64,000 bases of DNA, taken from NCBI GenBank assembly GCA_049301135.1, contig JBAQKP010000044.1, positions 10,460 to 74,459 of the forward strand. Reading direction: 5' to 3'. This DNA is from Moraxellaceae bacterium. GTDB lineage: Bacteria > Pseudomonadota > Gammaproteobacteria > Pseudomonadales > Moraxellaceae. This document shows, in pieces, positions 52,701 through 61,461 of this stretch. The position numbers and the translations under genes were made by a program. The number at the start of each line of letters is the position of its first letter. Positions within the stretch are counted from its first letter, which is position 1. A model generated the notes under the pieces. That model was given only the letters and a program-made list of their open reading frames with translations, was not told the origin of the DNA and searched no databases.

Positions 52701-55700
52701 TGCCCAATCGGTTGCTCCTGTGACTGTTGCTTTAGGCACAATTACAGGTGTCGATTTTGGTTATAACTTTAGTACCATCGTGAATACCAATGATTTAGGT
52801 CAAGGCTCATTACGTCAATTTATTATCAATACCAATACGTTGAGTGATGGTTTGGCGCAGTCAGGCTCAAGCAACAATACACGCGGCGCAAGCTCAAGCC
52901 TACCGTCTGGTCGTGATAGCACGATATTTATGATTCCTGATGGCGCAAGTCATGCAGGTATTCGTAGTGGTTTAACCAATCAGTTAACGGGTGGGGTTGC
53001 CATTATTAAAGTAGCCAGTAGCTTGCCAGCCATTACGGGTGGCAATACGCTGATTGATGGTGGCACGCAGACCTTTAATATTGGTAATAGCAACACCACC
53101 ACGCTGAACAGTGCGTCAACGGTTGGTATTGATAATTTGTCTGTACCTGCCATTGCAGGGCCAGAGGTTCAAATTGAACCCACCAGTGGTTTTTATGCTT
53201 CAACAGTCAATGGTTTAACTTTATCTTCCAATGACAATACGGTACAAAATATTTCTATCTCTGGTTTCACAGGAACAGGTGGAACGGATCAGGGGGATAT
53301 TTACGTCAGTGCAGGGGCAACAGGCACGCTGATTCGCTGGAATACCGTGGGTATTACCGCCACCAGTTATAGTGATCGTGGAGCAGGTGTGCGTACCACA
53401 GACTATGGTATTTATTCTCTGGCTGGTTCTTTAACTGTGCGTGAAAATATCGTTGCTTATGTGGGTGCAGGTGGCATTGAGCTATTTAATGTGAGCAGTA
53501 TTTTGGTAGAGGCCAATGAATTGCGTGGCAACGCCATTATCAACTCCAGCGCGGAAAATGTGAATGTCAATTCTGGTAGTGGTTTGACTGCGCGTGGCAA
53601 CTTAAGCCGTGATGCAGGCGGCCCCGGTTTTGATACTTCGGGTAGCAGCGGTGGCAACCTGTTTGAAAACAACAGCGTCATTAATAATGGTCGCTTAGAA
53701 ACCGGGCAGAACTCAGGCTTGCGTATTAATGGAACGAATAACACCATTCGTAAAAACATTATTACGCAAAACCATGGGGCGGGTGTGTTGGTTCGCAGTG
53801 GCAGTACGGGCAACCTGATTACCCAGAACAGCACCTATGCCAATGGCACGACAGGCACTGTCACCAAACAATTGGGTATTGATTTAACCTCTGGCAGTGA
53901 TAGCCAAAATACAGGGACAGCACCATTTGTTACTGTGAATGATGCCAATGATTCCGATAGTGGTGGCAATAATCTACTCAATTTTCCTGTGTTTGAAAGT
54001 ATCACCATCTCGGGTGCTAATTTAGTGCTGAAAGGTTGTGCGCCAGCAGGGGCAAGCATTGAGCTGTTTGAGGCTGATGTGAGTCCTGGTAAGGCGGTCT
54101 CCGTTGGTTCAAATACCAATGCACCGCGCACGCTGGATTATGGCGAAGGGCAAACTTACTTAACGACCTTAACAGAAGGGGTGAGTGATACCGATAGTGG
54201 TACAAATTGCCCTGCACTGGATGGTAATGATCAAACAGGAATGTCACGCTTTGCCTTCAGTGTTGCCGTTCCATCGGGCGTGGCAGTGGGTGACTTGTTG
54301 ACGACTACAGCAACGGTGAGTAGCAATACCTCTGAGTTCTCGCCAGTGGTTCGTGCCAGCAATGCCCCAACGCTAACCAAGGCATTTAATCCAACCAGTA
54401 TCATCGCTGGTCAAAACAGCGTGCTGACCATTACGCTGGCTAACAGCAACACAGTAGCTGCTACCTTAACTGGTAGTTTGGCAGATAACTTGCCTGCCAA
54501 CGTGACCATTGCCGATTTACCAAATGCCACAACCACCTGCACAGGCGGTGCTGGTGTGACTGCTGTTACTGGTCAGTCAGTGGTTACATTGGCATCAGGT
54601 GCGGTGATTCCTGCCAATAATAGCTGTACCGTGAGCGTGAAAGTCACTTCTACTGTTGCTGGGATTTATACCAATACCATTGCTGCTGGTGCATTGCGTA
54701 CCACGGTGGGCGACAATCTGTTGGCCGCTACCGATGACCTGACCGTCAATAGCCTTGTCGCCATCACTGGCCGCGTGTTTAACGATAACGGCGGTACCGA
54801 CCCTGTTCCCGCGACTGTCATTGCCAATGCTTACAATGGCACCCAAAACACAGGTGAGTTGGGGATTGCGGGCAGCACCGTACGCCTCACCAACTGCGCT
54901 GCTAACCCTGCACCTGCCGATGTTTTGGCCACCACGCAGACCGATGCGGCCGGTGATTACCGTTTCGGTATCGTTGCCAGCCAGCTGAGTAGTCCATTTT
55001 GTGTCACGCAAACCAATCTGGCAGGCGACACTTCGGTCAGCGGCACAGGAGATTATACGCGTGCCACCGACACGATTGAGATTGCCAACACCGGTGCAGC
55101 GTCTTACACCGATCACGATTTTGGTGATGCACGCCTGAATCTGGTCTTGACCAGTGATGGTCAGCAAACCACCACCCCAAGCGGCACAGTCAGCTATCCG
55201 CATGTGTTGCGCAGTGAGGCCGTATTGGATGTTGATACCCTAAATACGCTAAGCAGCGAAAATCCAACACTGGGCTGGACGACGATTCTGTATCGGGACG
55301 ATGACTGTGATGGGACGATTGATGCGGGTGAGCTAGCGCTGACCAGTGCAATCGGTCAGTTGCTACCCAACCAAGAGATCTGTGTGGTACAGCGAGTCAA
55401 TGCACCTGCCAATGCCAGTAACGGTGCGCAGCATGTGGCAACTTTGAGCGCGAGCTATACAGCGACCGTGCAAGACAGTGGCGTCTTGAGTGGTAGCAGT
55501 AACACCCGCACTGACACCACACTGGTCGGTACGGCTGGTCTAGACATGCGTAAACAAGTGCGTGTGGTGGCAAGTTGCCCATCGACTGGCGCGGACGTGG
55601 CTGCATTTACAGAGCGTAATACGGCGAAAAATGGTGATTTCTTAGAGTATGAGATTATCTATAGTAACCGCAGTACGCGAAATCTAAGCCAGTTGACCGT

Positions 55701-55902
55701 GCGTGACGTTGCACCAAGCAGCACCACCTTCAAGTCGGCGGCGTGCCAGTCCACTCCAAGTGGCAGCAGCTGTACCGCCCCTGTGACGGCTGGTGTAAAT
55801 GGTGATCTCGCATGGAGCTTGGCTAACATTGCGCCCGCCGCTACCGGTAGCGTTCGCTTCTGCGTACAAGTACCACCACTGGCTGCACCACCGATCAAAT
55901 AA
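49711..55902 (+). CDS. Giant secreted multidomain surface/adhesin-like protein (up to 2063 aa)
   Basis: The reading frame is uninterrupted for 6.2 kb. The probable true start is one of the ATGs at 49747-49780, giving a Sec-type signal peptide (MKQKWFIVLHMIAAAMALFSLIFLVIGNPAHA). By eye, the domains run in this order: (1) a DUF642/galactose-binding-like jelly roll (NLSFED...VPGW...IEVW...GNQFVELNA...GNFLDDIQV); (2) a Calx-beta-like module; (3) four tandem ~110-aa repeats; (4) an SdrD-B/Cna-B-like module (GRVFEDSNYGG...DASGNYSFTGLAAGNYTV); (5) right-handed beta-helix (PbH1-like) repeats; (6) a D.NDSDSGGNNLLNFPV motif; (7) a DUF11-like module; (8) a second SdrD-B-like module; (9) a C-terminal DUF11-like module. 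There is no C-terminal TM helix or sorting motif. Confidence 0.85.
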   Translation: MNVGCAMWGNNKMDKMDKKMIAGMKQKWFIVLHMIAAAMALFSLIFLVIGNPAHALIQRSFKNLSFEDVQISSTAPCRVYASSDATTPSASVPGWTTTHPSFSGGGRISCAGTVSAGVDTTSIAPIIEVWKGPRFLTGGTTTCNNNSQDCINGRSGNQFVELNAESLSEIRQQVCLETGESVGWKFSHNGRNATADQMRFKAGSQSIIRVATSTTGSGNVLGCDSGTCNAVQSGRTTLFTKTRWADYSGSFTANNSTNTYIGFESLNGSSTQGNFLDDIQVTLKPAVEFKLGTYSQVENQTAPTVDLQVVGIVQANISLNLTIDPTSTAVIGTDYTLNGGTSTSFNITLPAGDYSNGTVISIPVTLLNNSIVEGSRFFKVILTPDATKFTIMPTSSCTNTGGNASSTFAIQDDDIGLQLEKSWVNASVNDKATLTTTGGGSGASNISSVVTANTATETDTSNTIILAAGASRTLSETLNSSNSGAYSVSGWTCNGGSLSGSVLTTSTADYGKTIKCTITNSRTTSLQLAKAWGAGSSVSDSATIGATTGGTNNTSAFTTIGGTNATSGTPVAIATGNTITFPAETGTNIAGYNSVLSCTANNGATANALSGTNGQVSNTLLIGAGDAGKAIVCTYSNTRKSTTFRLAKAWGANSITNNVANLNATTGLINNTAAFTSTASTATNGATVTVFAGETATLPAETMSSGTLANYNTVVSCNAGTLSGTNGQSSGNTLTVTAAATATAPITCTYTNTRIAQQLSVAKTWQNAINGHTASATTTGGTNNASVSSTSTGNNTTTGTPVTVYAGDVVNLPTETLGGGALPVQYNSALACSGGTTLASGAMNRSITITANTTATVCTYTNTFIVSGAINGRVFEDSNYGGGAGRSYATSSGSARSNARVELYDSSGNFVTSATTDASGNYSFTGLAAGNYTVRVVNSSVTSSRGTGGLAVQTFRANATTGIAVADTNRVGGETPSLVDAGNGTTTLASLTTATTTAQSVAPVTVALGTITGVDFGYNFSTIVNTNDLGQGSLRQFIINTNTLSDGLAQSGSSNNTRGASSSLPSGRDSTIFMIPDGASHAGIRSGLTNQLTGGVAIIKVASSLPAITGGNTLIDGGTQTFNIGNSNTTTLNSASTVGIDNLSVPAIAGPEVQIEPTSGFYASTVNGLTLSSNDNTVQNISISGFTGTGGTDQGDIYVSAGATGTLIRWNTVGITATSYSDRGAGVRTTDYGIYSLAGSLTVRENIVAYVGAGGIELFNVSSILVEANELRGNAIINSSAENVNVNSGSGLTARGNLSRDAGGPGFDTSGSSGGNLFENNSVINNGRLETGQNSGLRINGTNNTIRKNIITQNHGAGVLVRSGSTGNLITQNSTYANGTTGTVTKQLGIDLTSGSDSQNTGTAPFVTVNDANDSDSGGNNLLNFPVFESITISGANLVLKGCAPAGASIELFEADVSPGKAVSVGSNTNAPRTLDYGEGQTYLTTLTEGVSDTDSGTNCPALDGNDQTGMSRFAFSVAVPSGVAVGDLLTTTATVSSNTSEFSPVVRASNAPTLTKAFNPTSIIAGQNSVLTITLANSNTVAATLTGSLADNLPANVTIADLPNATTTCTGGAGVTAVTGQSVVTLASGAVIPANNSCTVSVKVTSTVAGIYTNTIAAGALRTTVGDNLLAATDDLTVNSLVAITGRVFNDNGGTDPVPATVIANAYNGTQNTGELGIAGSTVRLTNCAANPAPADVLATTQTDAAGDYRFGIVASQLSSPFCVTQTNLAGDTSVSGTGDYTRATDTIEIANTGAASYTDHDFGDARLNLVLTSDGQQTTTPSGTVSYPHVLRSEAVLDVDTLNTLSSENPTLGWTTILYRDDDCDGTIDAGELALTSAIGQLLPNQEICVVQRVNAPANASNGAQHVATLSASYTATVQDSGVLSGSSNTRTDTTLVGTAGLDMRKQVRVVASCPSTGADVAAFTERNTAKNGDFLEYEIIYSNRSTRNLSQLTVRDVAPSSTTFKSAACQSTPSGSSCTAPVTAGVNGDLAWSLANIAPAATGSVRFCVQVPPLAAPPIK
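50959..52308 (+). repeat. Four tandem intragenic repeats (109, 118, 115 and 108 codons) inside the giant gene
   Basis: The units start at codons 417, 526, 644 and 759. The shared pattern is L.[LV]AK[AST]W...ATTGG.NN...G.PV.....G....P.E......Y...[LV].C........I.CTY[ST]NT. Each unit has exactly two Cys. The repeats are diverged at the DNA level. Confidence 0.8.
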
Positions 55903-55914
55903 TCAGTGACCAGC

Positions 55915-55951
55915 AAAAAGCCTCACACTCTGATGAATGTGGGGCTTTTTT
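55915..55951 (+). terminator. Rho-independent terminator of the giant gene
   Basis: AAAA-AGCCTCACA-ctctgatgaa-TGTGGGGCT-TTTTTT. The 9-bp stem has one mismatch and is followed by a T6 run. It starts 13 nt after the stop codon. Confidence 0.8.
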
Positions 55952-56000
55952 AATGGCTTGCACTGAATAAACTGACAAGCTATCAGCTACTCAGTGTGTA

Positions 56001-56276
56001 TTAGGACTCAGTCGGTGGTTTCCAGCCTTCCGCTTGTTCGACCGCCTCACCTGATAGGAATTTTTCGCGTTGCTCATCCAAGAATTTACGCGACTCAGGA
56101 TCCATCACGTTGAGACGTTTCTCATTGATTAACAAGGTCTGATGTCTGAGCCACTCTTGCCATGCTTGTTTAGACACGGTTTCAAACATCTGCTGACCTT
56201 TGGCGGTCGGAAACGGCGCAAACTCTAAGCCTTCCAGCTCGGTCTGATATTTACGACAAAATACAGTACGACTCAT
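56001..56276 (-). CDS. yggX: Oxidative damage protection protein / Fe(2+)-trafficking protein YggX
   Basis: 91 aa, [23 protein letters not shown]...[20 protein letters not shown]. It resembles E. coli YggX closely. Confidence 0.9.
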   Translation of the reverse strand: MSRTVFCRKYQTELEGLEFAPFPTAKGQQMFETVSKQAWQEWLRHQTLLINEKRLNVMDPESRKFLDEQREKFLSGEAVEQAEGWKPPTES

Positions 56277-57730
56277 ACAGGTGCTCCTGTCGCCAGTGAA
56301 AGAGTAATCAACCGTGTGTGTGCACGTTCAATCGCAGCTTGCACCTGATTCGGTGCTGTACCGCCGATATGATTGCGTGCCGCGACTGAGCCTTCAAGCG
56401 TCAAGACTGCAAACACATCATCGGTAATCAACGCAGAAAAATCTTGTAGTTGCGTCAGTTCTAGTTCGGACAGGTCTTTGCCCAGTTGTACACCGAGTGC
56501 GACGGCTTTGCCGACCACTTCATGGGCATCCCGAAACGGTAAGCCTTTTTTGACCAAATAATCGGCCAAGTCGGTCGCGGTCGAAAAGCCACGAAACGCC
56601 GCTTCACGCATCACCTCAAGGTTTGGCTTGAGTGCTGGAATCATATCGGCAAACGCCAATAAGCTGCCTTGAACGGTATCAATCGCATCAAACAGCGGCT
56701 CTTTGTCTTCTTGGTTGTCTTTGTTGTAGGCCAAAGGCTGGCCTTTCATCAAGGTCAACAGGCTCATCAAGTCGCCAAACACCCGACCACTCTTGCCACG
56801 TACCAGTTCGGGGACATCGGGGTTTTTCTTTTGCGGCATGATCGAAGAGCCAGTACAAAAGCGATCTGGAATTTGTACAAACTGAAACTGTGCGGATGTC
56901 CACAACACCAGCTCTTCGCTCATGCGTGACAGGTGCATCATAATCAGTGACGCGGCACTGCAAAACTCAATCGCAAAGTCTCGATCAGACACGGCATCTA
57001 AGGAGTTTTCACAAACCGCTTCAAAGCCCAATAGTTCAGCAGTCAACTTGCGATCAATCGGATAGGTCGTACCCGCCAATGCCGCTGAACCGAGTGGCAG
57101 TCGATTGGTGCGCTTACGGCAGTCGATCAAGCGCTCACCATCGCGCAACAGCATTTCGAACCATGCCAGTAGATGATGGCCAAAGGTGACTGGCTGGGCG
57201 GTTTGTAGATGGGTGAAGCCGGGCATGATGGTCGCGCTGTGTTGGGCGGCCAGTGTTAAGATGCCCTGCTGTAGGCGGATGAGAATCGCAAGGATCTGGT
57301 CGATACTGTCGCGTAAATACAGACGAATATCGGTCGCGACTTGATCGTTTCGGCTGCGACCGGTATGTAGTTTTTTACCAGTAATGCCAATCCTGTCGGT
57401 CAGGCGTGCTTCGATATTCATGTGCACGTCTTCGAGATCAATCCGCCATTCGAAGCGACCGGCTTGAATCTCCTTTCGAATATCCTCAAGACCGTGGATA
57501 ATGGCATCACGCTCGGCGGTGCTGAGCACTCCCACCTGTGCCAACATGGTCGCATGGGCGATTGAACCATTGATGTCTTGGTTGTACAGCCGTTGGTCGA
57601 ACTGAACGGAAGCGGTAAATTGCGCCACAAATGCGTCTGTGGCTTCAGAAAAACGGCCACCCCACATGCCTGAAGCCAGTGGGTTGTCAGCGGTTGGGTG
57701 TACAGAGGGAGAGCTGGATTGTGTGGTCAT
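56273..57730 (-). CDS. argH: Argininosuccinate lyase
   Basis: WGGRFSE at the N-terminus and the fumarate-lyase signature ([12 protein letters not shown]). The start is either 57730 (MTTQ) or 57667 (MWGGRF). Confidence 0.95.
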   Translation of the reverse strand: MTTQSSSPSVHPTADNPLASGMWGGRFSEATDAFVAQFTASVQFDQRLYNQDINGSIAHATMLAQVGVLSTAERDAIIHGLEDIRKEIQAGRFEWRIDLEDVHMNIEARLTDRIGITGKKLHTGRSRNDQVATDIRLYLRDSIDQILAILIRLQQGILTLAAQHSATIMPGFTHLQTAQPVTFGHHLLAWFEMLLRDGERLIDCRKRTNRLPLGSAALAGTTYPIDRKLTAELLGFEAVCENSLDAVSDRDFAIEFCSAASLIMMHLSRMSEELVLWTSAQFQFVQIPDRFCTGSSIMPQKKNPDVPELVRGKSGRVFGDLMSLLTLMKGQPLAYNKDNQEDKEPLFDAIDTVQGSLLAFADMIPALKPNLEVMREAAFRGFSTATDLADYLVKKGLPFRDAHEVVGKAVALGVQLGKDLSELELTQLQDFSALITDDVFAVLTLEGSVAARNHIGGTAPNQVQAAIERAHTRLITLSLATGAPV

Positions 57731-58830
57731 CGCGGTCAGACAAAATAAAATCGAGTATAGCAAATCCTAGCACGTCCGAGGCCAGTCGTGAGCTGACCTT
57801 CTTTTTGCCGCGTTTTTCAGAGCCACGTCACCTGCGTTCGTTGTTGCTGAGCGTGAACGTCATGGCATTGTTTATGTGCGTGGTCTCGTTGCCCAGTTTG
57901 ATGGACTTTTCGTGGAGTTTATTACTTCGCTATGTTTTTTTTGCAAATTGGGTAGCATTGGTCTGTGCGTTGTTGACCGATGCCTTGCGCGGTTTTTTGG
58001 TCTGGTTACCGCGTAAACTGGCATTATTGTTTAGTTTTTTATTGTTTGAAGTGGTGGTGGCGTTATTTAGTGTGATCTCCAATGGCCTTTTGCATATTAC
58101 TGAGTGGGAGATGTGGGATACGCCTCGGGTGCTATCGGATATGGGGCGGCATGTGTTACTGGCTGGGATGTTGGGCGGTTTGGTGCTGCATTATTTGTAT
58201 TTGCGCGAGCGTTTGATTATTCAGCATCGTGCTGAGTTGCTGGCACGGGTGCAAGCGCTACAAACCCGTATTCGGCCACATTTTTTATTTAATTCGATGA
58301 ATACTTTGGCTGAGTTGGTCGGCATGGACAGTCGTCGGGCGGAACAGGCGATTGAGGATATTTCGGCGTTGTTTCGTGCCAGTTTAAATGCCACCGGTGA
58401 GATTAGTTTAAGTGAGGAGATTGAGACCTGTGAGCGCTATCTGGCACTCGAAAAACTCCGACTCGGTGAGCGGCTACAAGTCGAGTGGCGTTTACCGGAT
58501 GAAGATACATTATATGATATGATGATTCCGGCGCTAACCTTACAGCCATTGCTGGAAAATGCAGTCTATCATGGGGTCGAAACACGCACTGAACCGAGTG
58601 TTTTGAGTGTTTTGGTAGAGGAGAAGGCGAATCGGGTCACAATCGTGGTGACAAATCCGTATCAAGCTGGTACAAAATCAGCCAAGGGTAATCGAATCGC
58701 GTTAGACAATATCGAACAGCGGCTCAAGGTGTATTATGGCGTCACCGCGCGGTTGATGGTGTATGAGAGTAATGGGTTGTTTACCGTGTATCTGTCCTAT
58801 CCGCAAGACAGCACAATAACAAGCATATGA
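57721..58830 (+). CDS. algZ: LytS-type sensor histidine kinase AlgZ/FimS
   Basis: Polytopic N-terminus, then a His_kinase (LytS-type) motif ([18 protein letters not shown]) and an ATPase domain. The argH / algZ-algR-hemC order matches Pseudomonas. The start is uncertain. The conserved-looking FFLP motif lies upstream of the first ATG at 57862, so I list the in-frame GTG at 57721. Confidence 0.72.
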   Translation: MWSSRSDKIKSSIANPSTSEASRELTFFLPRFSEPRHLRSLLLSVNVMALFMCVVSLPSLMDFSWSLLLRYVFFANWVALVCALLTDALRGFLVWLPRKLALLFSFLLFEVVVALFSVISNGLLHITEWEMWDTPRVLSDMGRHVLLAGMLGGLVLHYLYLRERLIIQHRAELLARVQALQTRIRPHFLFNSMNTLAELVGMDSRRAEQAIEDISALFRASLNATGEISLSEEIETCERYLALEKLRLGERLQVEWRLPDEDTLYDMMIPALTLQPLLENAVYHGVETRTEPSVLSVLVEEKANRVTIVVTNPYQAGTKSAKGNRIALDNIEQRLKVYYGVTARLMVYESNGLFTVYLSYPQDSTITSI

Positions 58831-58861
58831 AGCATCAGGGTATGCTGACAAGGAGGAGTGC

Positions 58862-59605
58862 ATGAATATTTTGGTTTGCGATGACGAACCGTTGGCCCGT
58901 GAGCGTCTGAGCCGTATGGTGCAGGACGCTGGACATACGGTTGTTGCTCAAGCCACCAACGGGATTGAAGCGCTAGAGGCGGTTCGGATTTTTCAGCCTG
59001 ATGTGTTGTTCCTCGATGTTCGGATGCCCGAAATGGATGGACTGCGTTGCGCTGAAGCGTTGATGCGTTTGGAAAGCCCACCGGCGGTGATTTTTGTCAC
59101 GGCATTTGACCAGCATGCGATTGATGCGTTTCGGACGCAGGCGATTGGCTACTTATTAAAGCCGGTCAGTCGGGACGATTTACAGTCGGCCTTAAATCGC
59201 GCCAGTCGGCTGAATACCGCCCAAGTCAATCATCTGCGGGTGTTGCATGATCCGAATGCGATGGCGATGGCGATGCGGCAGCATATTGCTGCCCGCACCC
59301 ATCGCGGCATGGAGCTGATTCCGATTGAGAATATTTATTATTTCTTGGCGGATCAAAAATATGTGACGGTGCGGCATAGCGGTGGTCAGGTGTTAATTGA
59401 TGAAACCCTAAAAGAGCTGGAAACCGAGTTCGGTGATCGGTTTATTCGGATTCATCGCAATGCGTTGCTGGCCATTCCCTATCTTGAGGGACTCGAGATG
59501 GTGTCAACCGGTCAGTATCAGGTGCGCTTTCGTGGGATTGAGGAGCGGCTGGCGGTCAGTCGTCGGCACTTGCCACAATTGCGTGACAAGATGCATACGC
59601 TATAA
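58862..59605 (+). CDS. algR: LytTR-family response regulator AlgR
   Basis: A REC domain (MNILVCDDEPLARERL...) is followed by a C-terminal LytTR DNA-binding domain (IYYFLADQKYVTVRH...FIRIHRNALL). Confidence 0.88.
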   Translation: MNILVCDDEPLARERLSRMVQDAGHTVVAQATNGIEALEAVRIFQPDVLFLDVRMPEMDGLRCAEALMRLESPPAVIFVTAFDQHAIDAFRTQAIGYLLKPVSRDDLQSALNRASRLNTAQVNHLRVLHDPNAMAMAMRQHIAARTHRGMELIPIENIYYFLADQKYVTVRHSGGQVLIDETLKELETEFGDRFIRIHRNALLAIPYLEGLEMVSTGQYQVRFRGIEERLAVSRRHLPQLRDKMHTL

Positions 59606-59626
59606 GCCAAATCGTCCAATCCTCAA

Positions 59627-59656
59627 CAAAAACCGGAGCTTGTTTCCGGTTTTTGT
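59627..59656 (+). terminator. Rho-independent terminator after algR
   Basis: AAAA-AACCGGA-gcttgtt-TCCGGTT-TTTGTGTTTTTG. Confidence 0.7.
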
Positions 59657-59776
59657 GTTTTTGTGATTGATTTAACGACTGATGGCGTGCGGTTGGCTTG
59701 TGACTGGCTGGTGGATTTGGCATGCTAGCCGTCAGTCAGCGTGCTGCTGTTGGCCGATTGACCAAAGGAAAACCGA

Positions 59777-60715
59777 ATGAAACTGTTGAAAATTGCCACG
59801 CGGCAAAGTCCACTGGCATTGTGGCAAGCAGAGCATATCAAGGCACGTCTGTTGGCGGCGCATGCGGATTTGCAGGTTGAGTTGGTGACCTTTGTGACTC
59901 AAGGTGATCGGATCTTGGATACACCACTGGCAAAGATCGGTGGTAAAGGTTTGTTTGTCAAAGAACTCGAAAATGCTTTGCTGGACGGTCGTGCTGACCT
60001 TGCGGTGCATTCGATGAAAGATGTGCCGATGGAACTGCCAGAGGGTTTATGTTTGCCGGTGACTTGTACCCGCGAAGATCCAACTGATGCGTTTGTGTCG
60101 AATCACTATGCTGGTTTGGCTGAGTTGCCGCAGGGTGCGCGCTTGGGCACGTCAAGTCTGCGGCGGCGTTGCCAGATGCAGGCGTTGCGGCCAGATCTAC
60201 AGGTGATTGATCTGCGCGGCAATGTCGGAACGCGACTCGGTAAACTCGATGCTGGCGAGTACGATGCGATTATTTTGGCCTCGGCGGGTTTAAAGCGTTT
60301 GGGGCTGGCCGAGCGGATTCGTGAGTCACTCACGCCCGAACTCAGTCTGCCTGCGGTCGGTCAGGGGGCGTTGGGCTTGGAGTGTCGTCTAGATGATGTT
60401 GAGACACTGGCACGGATCGCTTGCTTACTCGACGTTGAAACGGATGTTTGCGTGCGTGCCGAGCGGGCGTTTAATCATCGCCTGATGGGTGGCTGCCAAG
60501 TGCCGATTGCGGGCTATGCTGTGCTAAAAGACAGTGCGCTGTGGTTGCGTGGTCGCGTTGGCAGTGTCGATGGAGCAGAGTTATTAAAGGCGGAGTTGAC
60601 CGGCGCAGCAGCACAGGCTGAGGATTTGGGTCGTGCTTTAGCCGAGCGCTTGCTAGAGATGGGCGCGGGGCGTTTGTTGGCGCAGCTTGATTCGCATGGC
60701 GTCGGTCGGTTTTAA
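59777..60715 (+). CDS. hemC: Hydroxymethylbilane synthase (porphobilinogen deaminase)
   Basis: Strongly conserved HemC sequence ([16 protein letters not shown]...[11 protein letters not shown]...[11 protein letters not shown]...[11 protein letters not shown]). Confidence 0.95.
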   Translation: MKLLKIATRQSPLALWQAEHIKARLLAAHADLQVELVTFVTQGDRILDTPLAKIGGKGLFVKELENALLDGRADLAVHSMKDVPMELPEGLCLPVTCTREDPTDAFVSNHYAGLAELPQGARLGTSSLRRRCQMQALRPDLQVIDLRGNVGTRLGKLDAGEYDAIILASAGLKRLGLAERIRESLTPELSLPAVGQGALGLECRLDDVETLARIACLLDVETDVCVRAERAFNHRLMGGCQVPIAGYAVLKDSALWLRGRVGSVDGAELLKAELTGAAAQAEDLGRALAERLLEMGAGRLLAQLDSHGVGRF

Positions 60716-60717
60716 GC

Positions 60718-61461
60718 ATGCATTGGCATGTGCTCAACACTCGCCCAGCCGACCGTGCGGCCATTCTGACCGAGCAGTTACGCGCAGCGGGACATCAGGT
60801 ATCGGCATTGCCTTTGTTGTCATTTGAGCCTTGTCTGTTGAGTGAGATGGATCAGCAAGCCTTGCAGCAGATTGGCACACAGTCGGCTGTCGTAGTGATC
60901 AGTCCGATGGCGGCACAGTTGGGTTTGGCGCATTTGGCACGGCTCGGTGTGTCGATTATACGGATGCCGACACGCTGGATTGCGGTAGGGCAGGCGACTG
61001 CACAGGTGTTGCGTCAGGCCGGTTTACAGCCGACCGTACCGATGCTCGAAACCAGTGAGGGTGTTGTGGGATTATCAGAGCTGGCCGAGCTGACCGCGAT
61101 GCAGTCGGTGATGATCTGGCGTGGCGAAGCGGGTCGGCAGCTGATTCAGTTGCAACTCCAGCAGCAACAGGTCAGCCTGAGTAATCTAGAATTATATCGA
61201 CGGGTCAGTCCAGCACATTTGGTGGAAGATTGGTCAAATCTCATACACACGGTGGGTTGGCCTGAGGTGGTATTGATTTCGAGTGCTGAGGCGTGGCGGC
61301 ACTGGCAGCAGTTGACCGGAGCACAAGCTTTACAACCGTGGCTGCTGGTGTTGGGGCAGCGCTTGTTGCAACAACTGCAGACGCTGACGCCACGGGTGTT
61401 GGCCGTGTCAGACTTGCAACCTCAGACGATTGCGCAAACCTTACAGAGGATCACCCGCTGA
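60718..61461 (+). CDS. hemD: Uroporphyrinogen-III synthase
   Basis: The size and the position between hemC and hemX fit hemD. The sequence has HEM4-like features but is weakly conserved, as is usual for HemD. Its stop overlaps the hemX start (ATGA-type). Confidence 0.8.
   Translation: MHWHVLNTRPADRAAILTEQLRAAGHQVSALPLLSFEPCLLSEMDQQALQQIGTQSAVVVISPMAAQLGLAHLARLGVSIIRMPTRWIAVGQATAQVLRQAGLQPTVPMLETSEGVVGLSELAELTAMQSVMIWRGEAGRQLIQLQLQQQQVSLSNLELYRRVSPAHLVEDWSNLIHTVGWPEVVLISSAEAWRHWQQLTGAQALQPWLLVLGQRLLQQLQTLTPRVLAVSDLQPQTIAQTLQRITR

Noticed and set aside
47021-55902. The idea that tolC together with the giant protein forms a type I secretion adhesin system (LapA/RTX-like).
   Set aside because: The giant protein has an N-terminal Sec-type signal peptide. 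It has no RTX nonapeptide repeats or C-terminal T1SS signal that I can see. No ABC transporter or membrane-fusion genes are present, phoU intervenes, and tolC-thiC adjacency is conserved core synteny.
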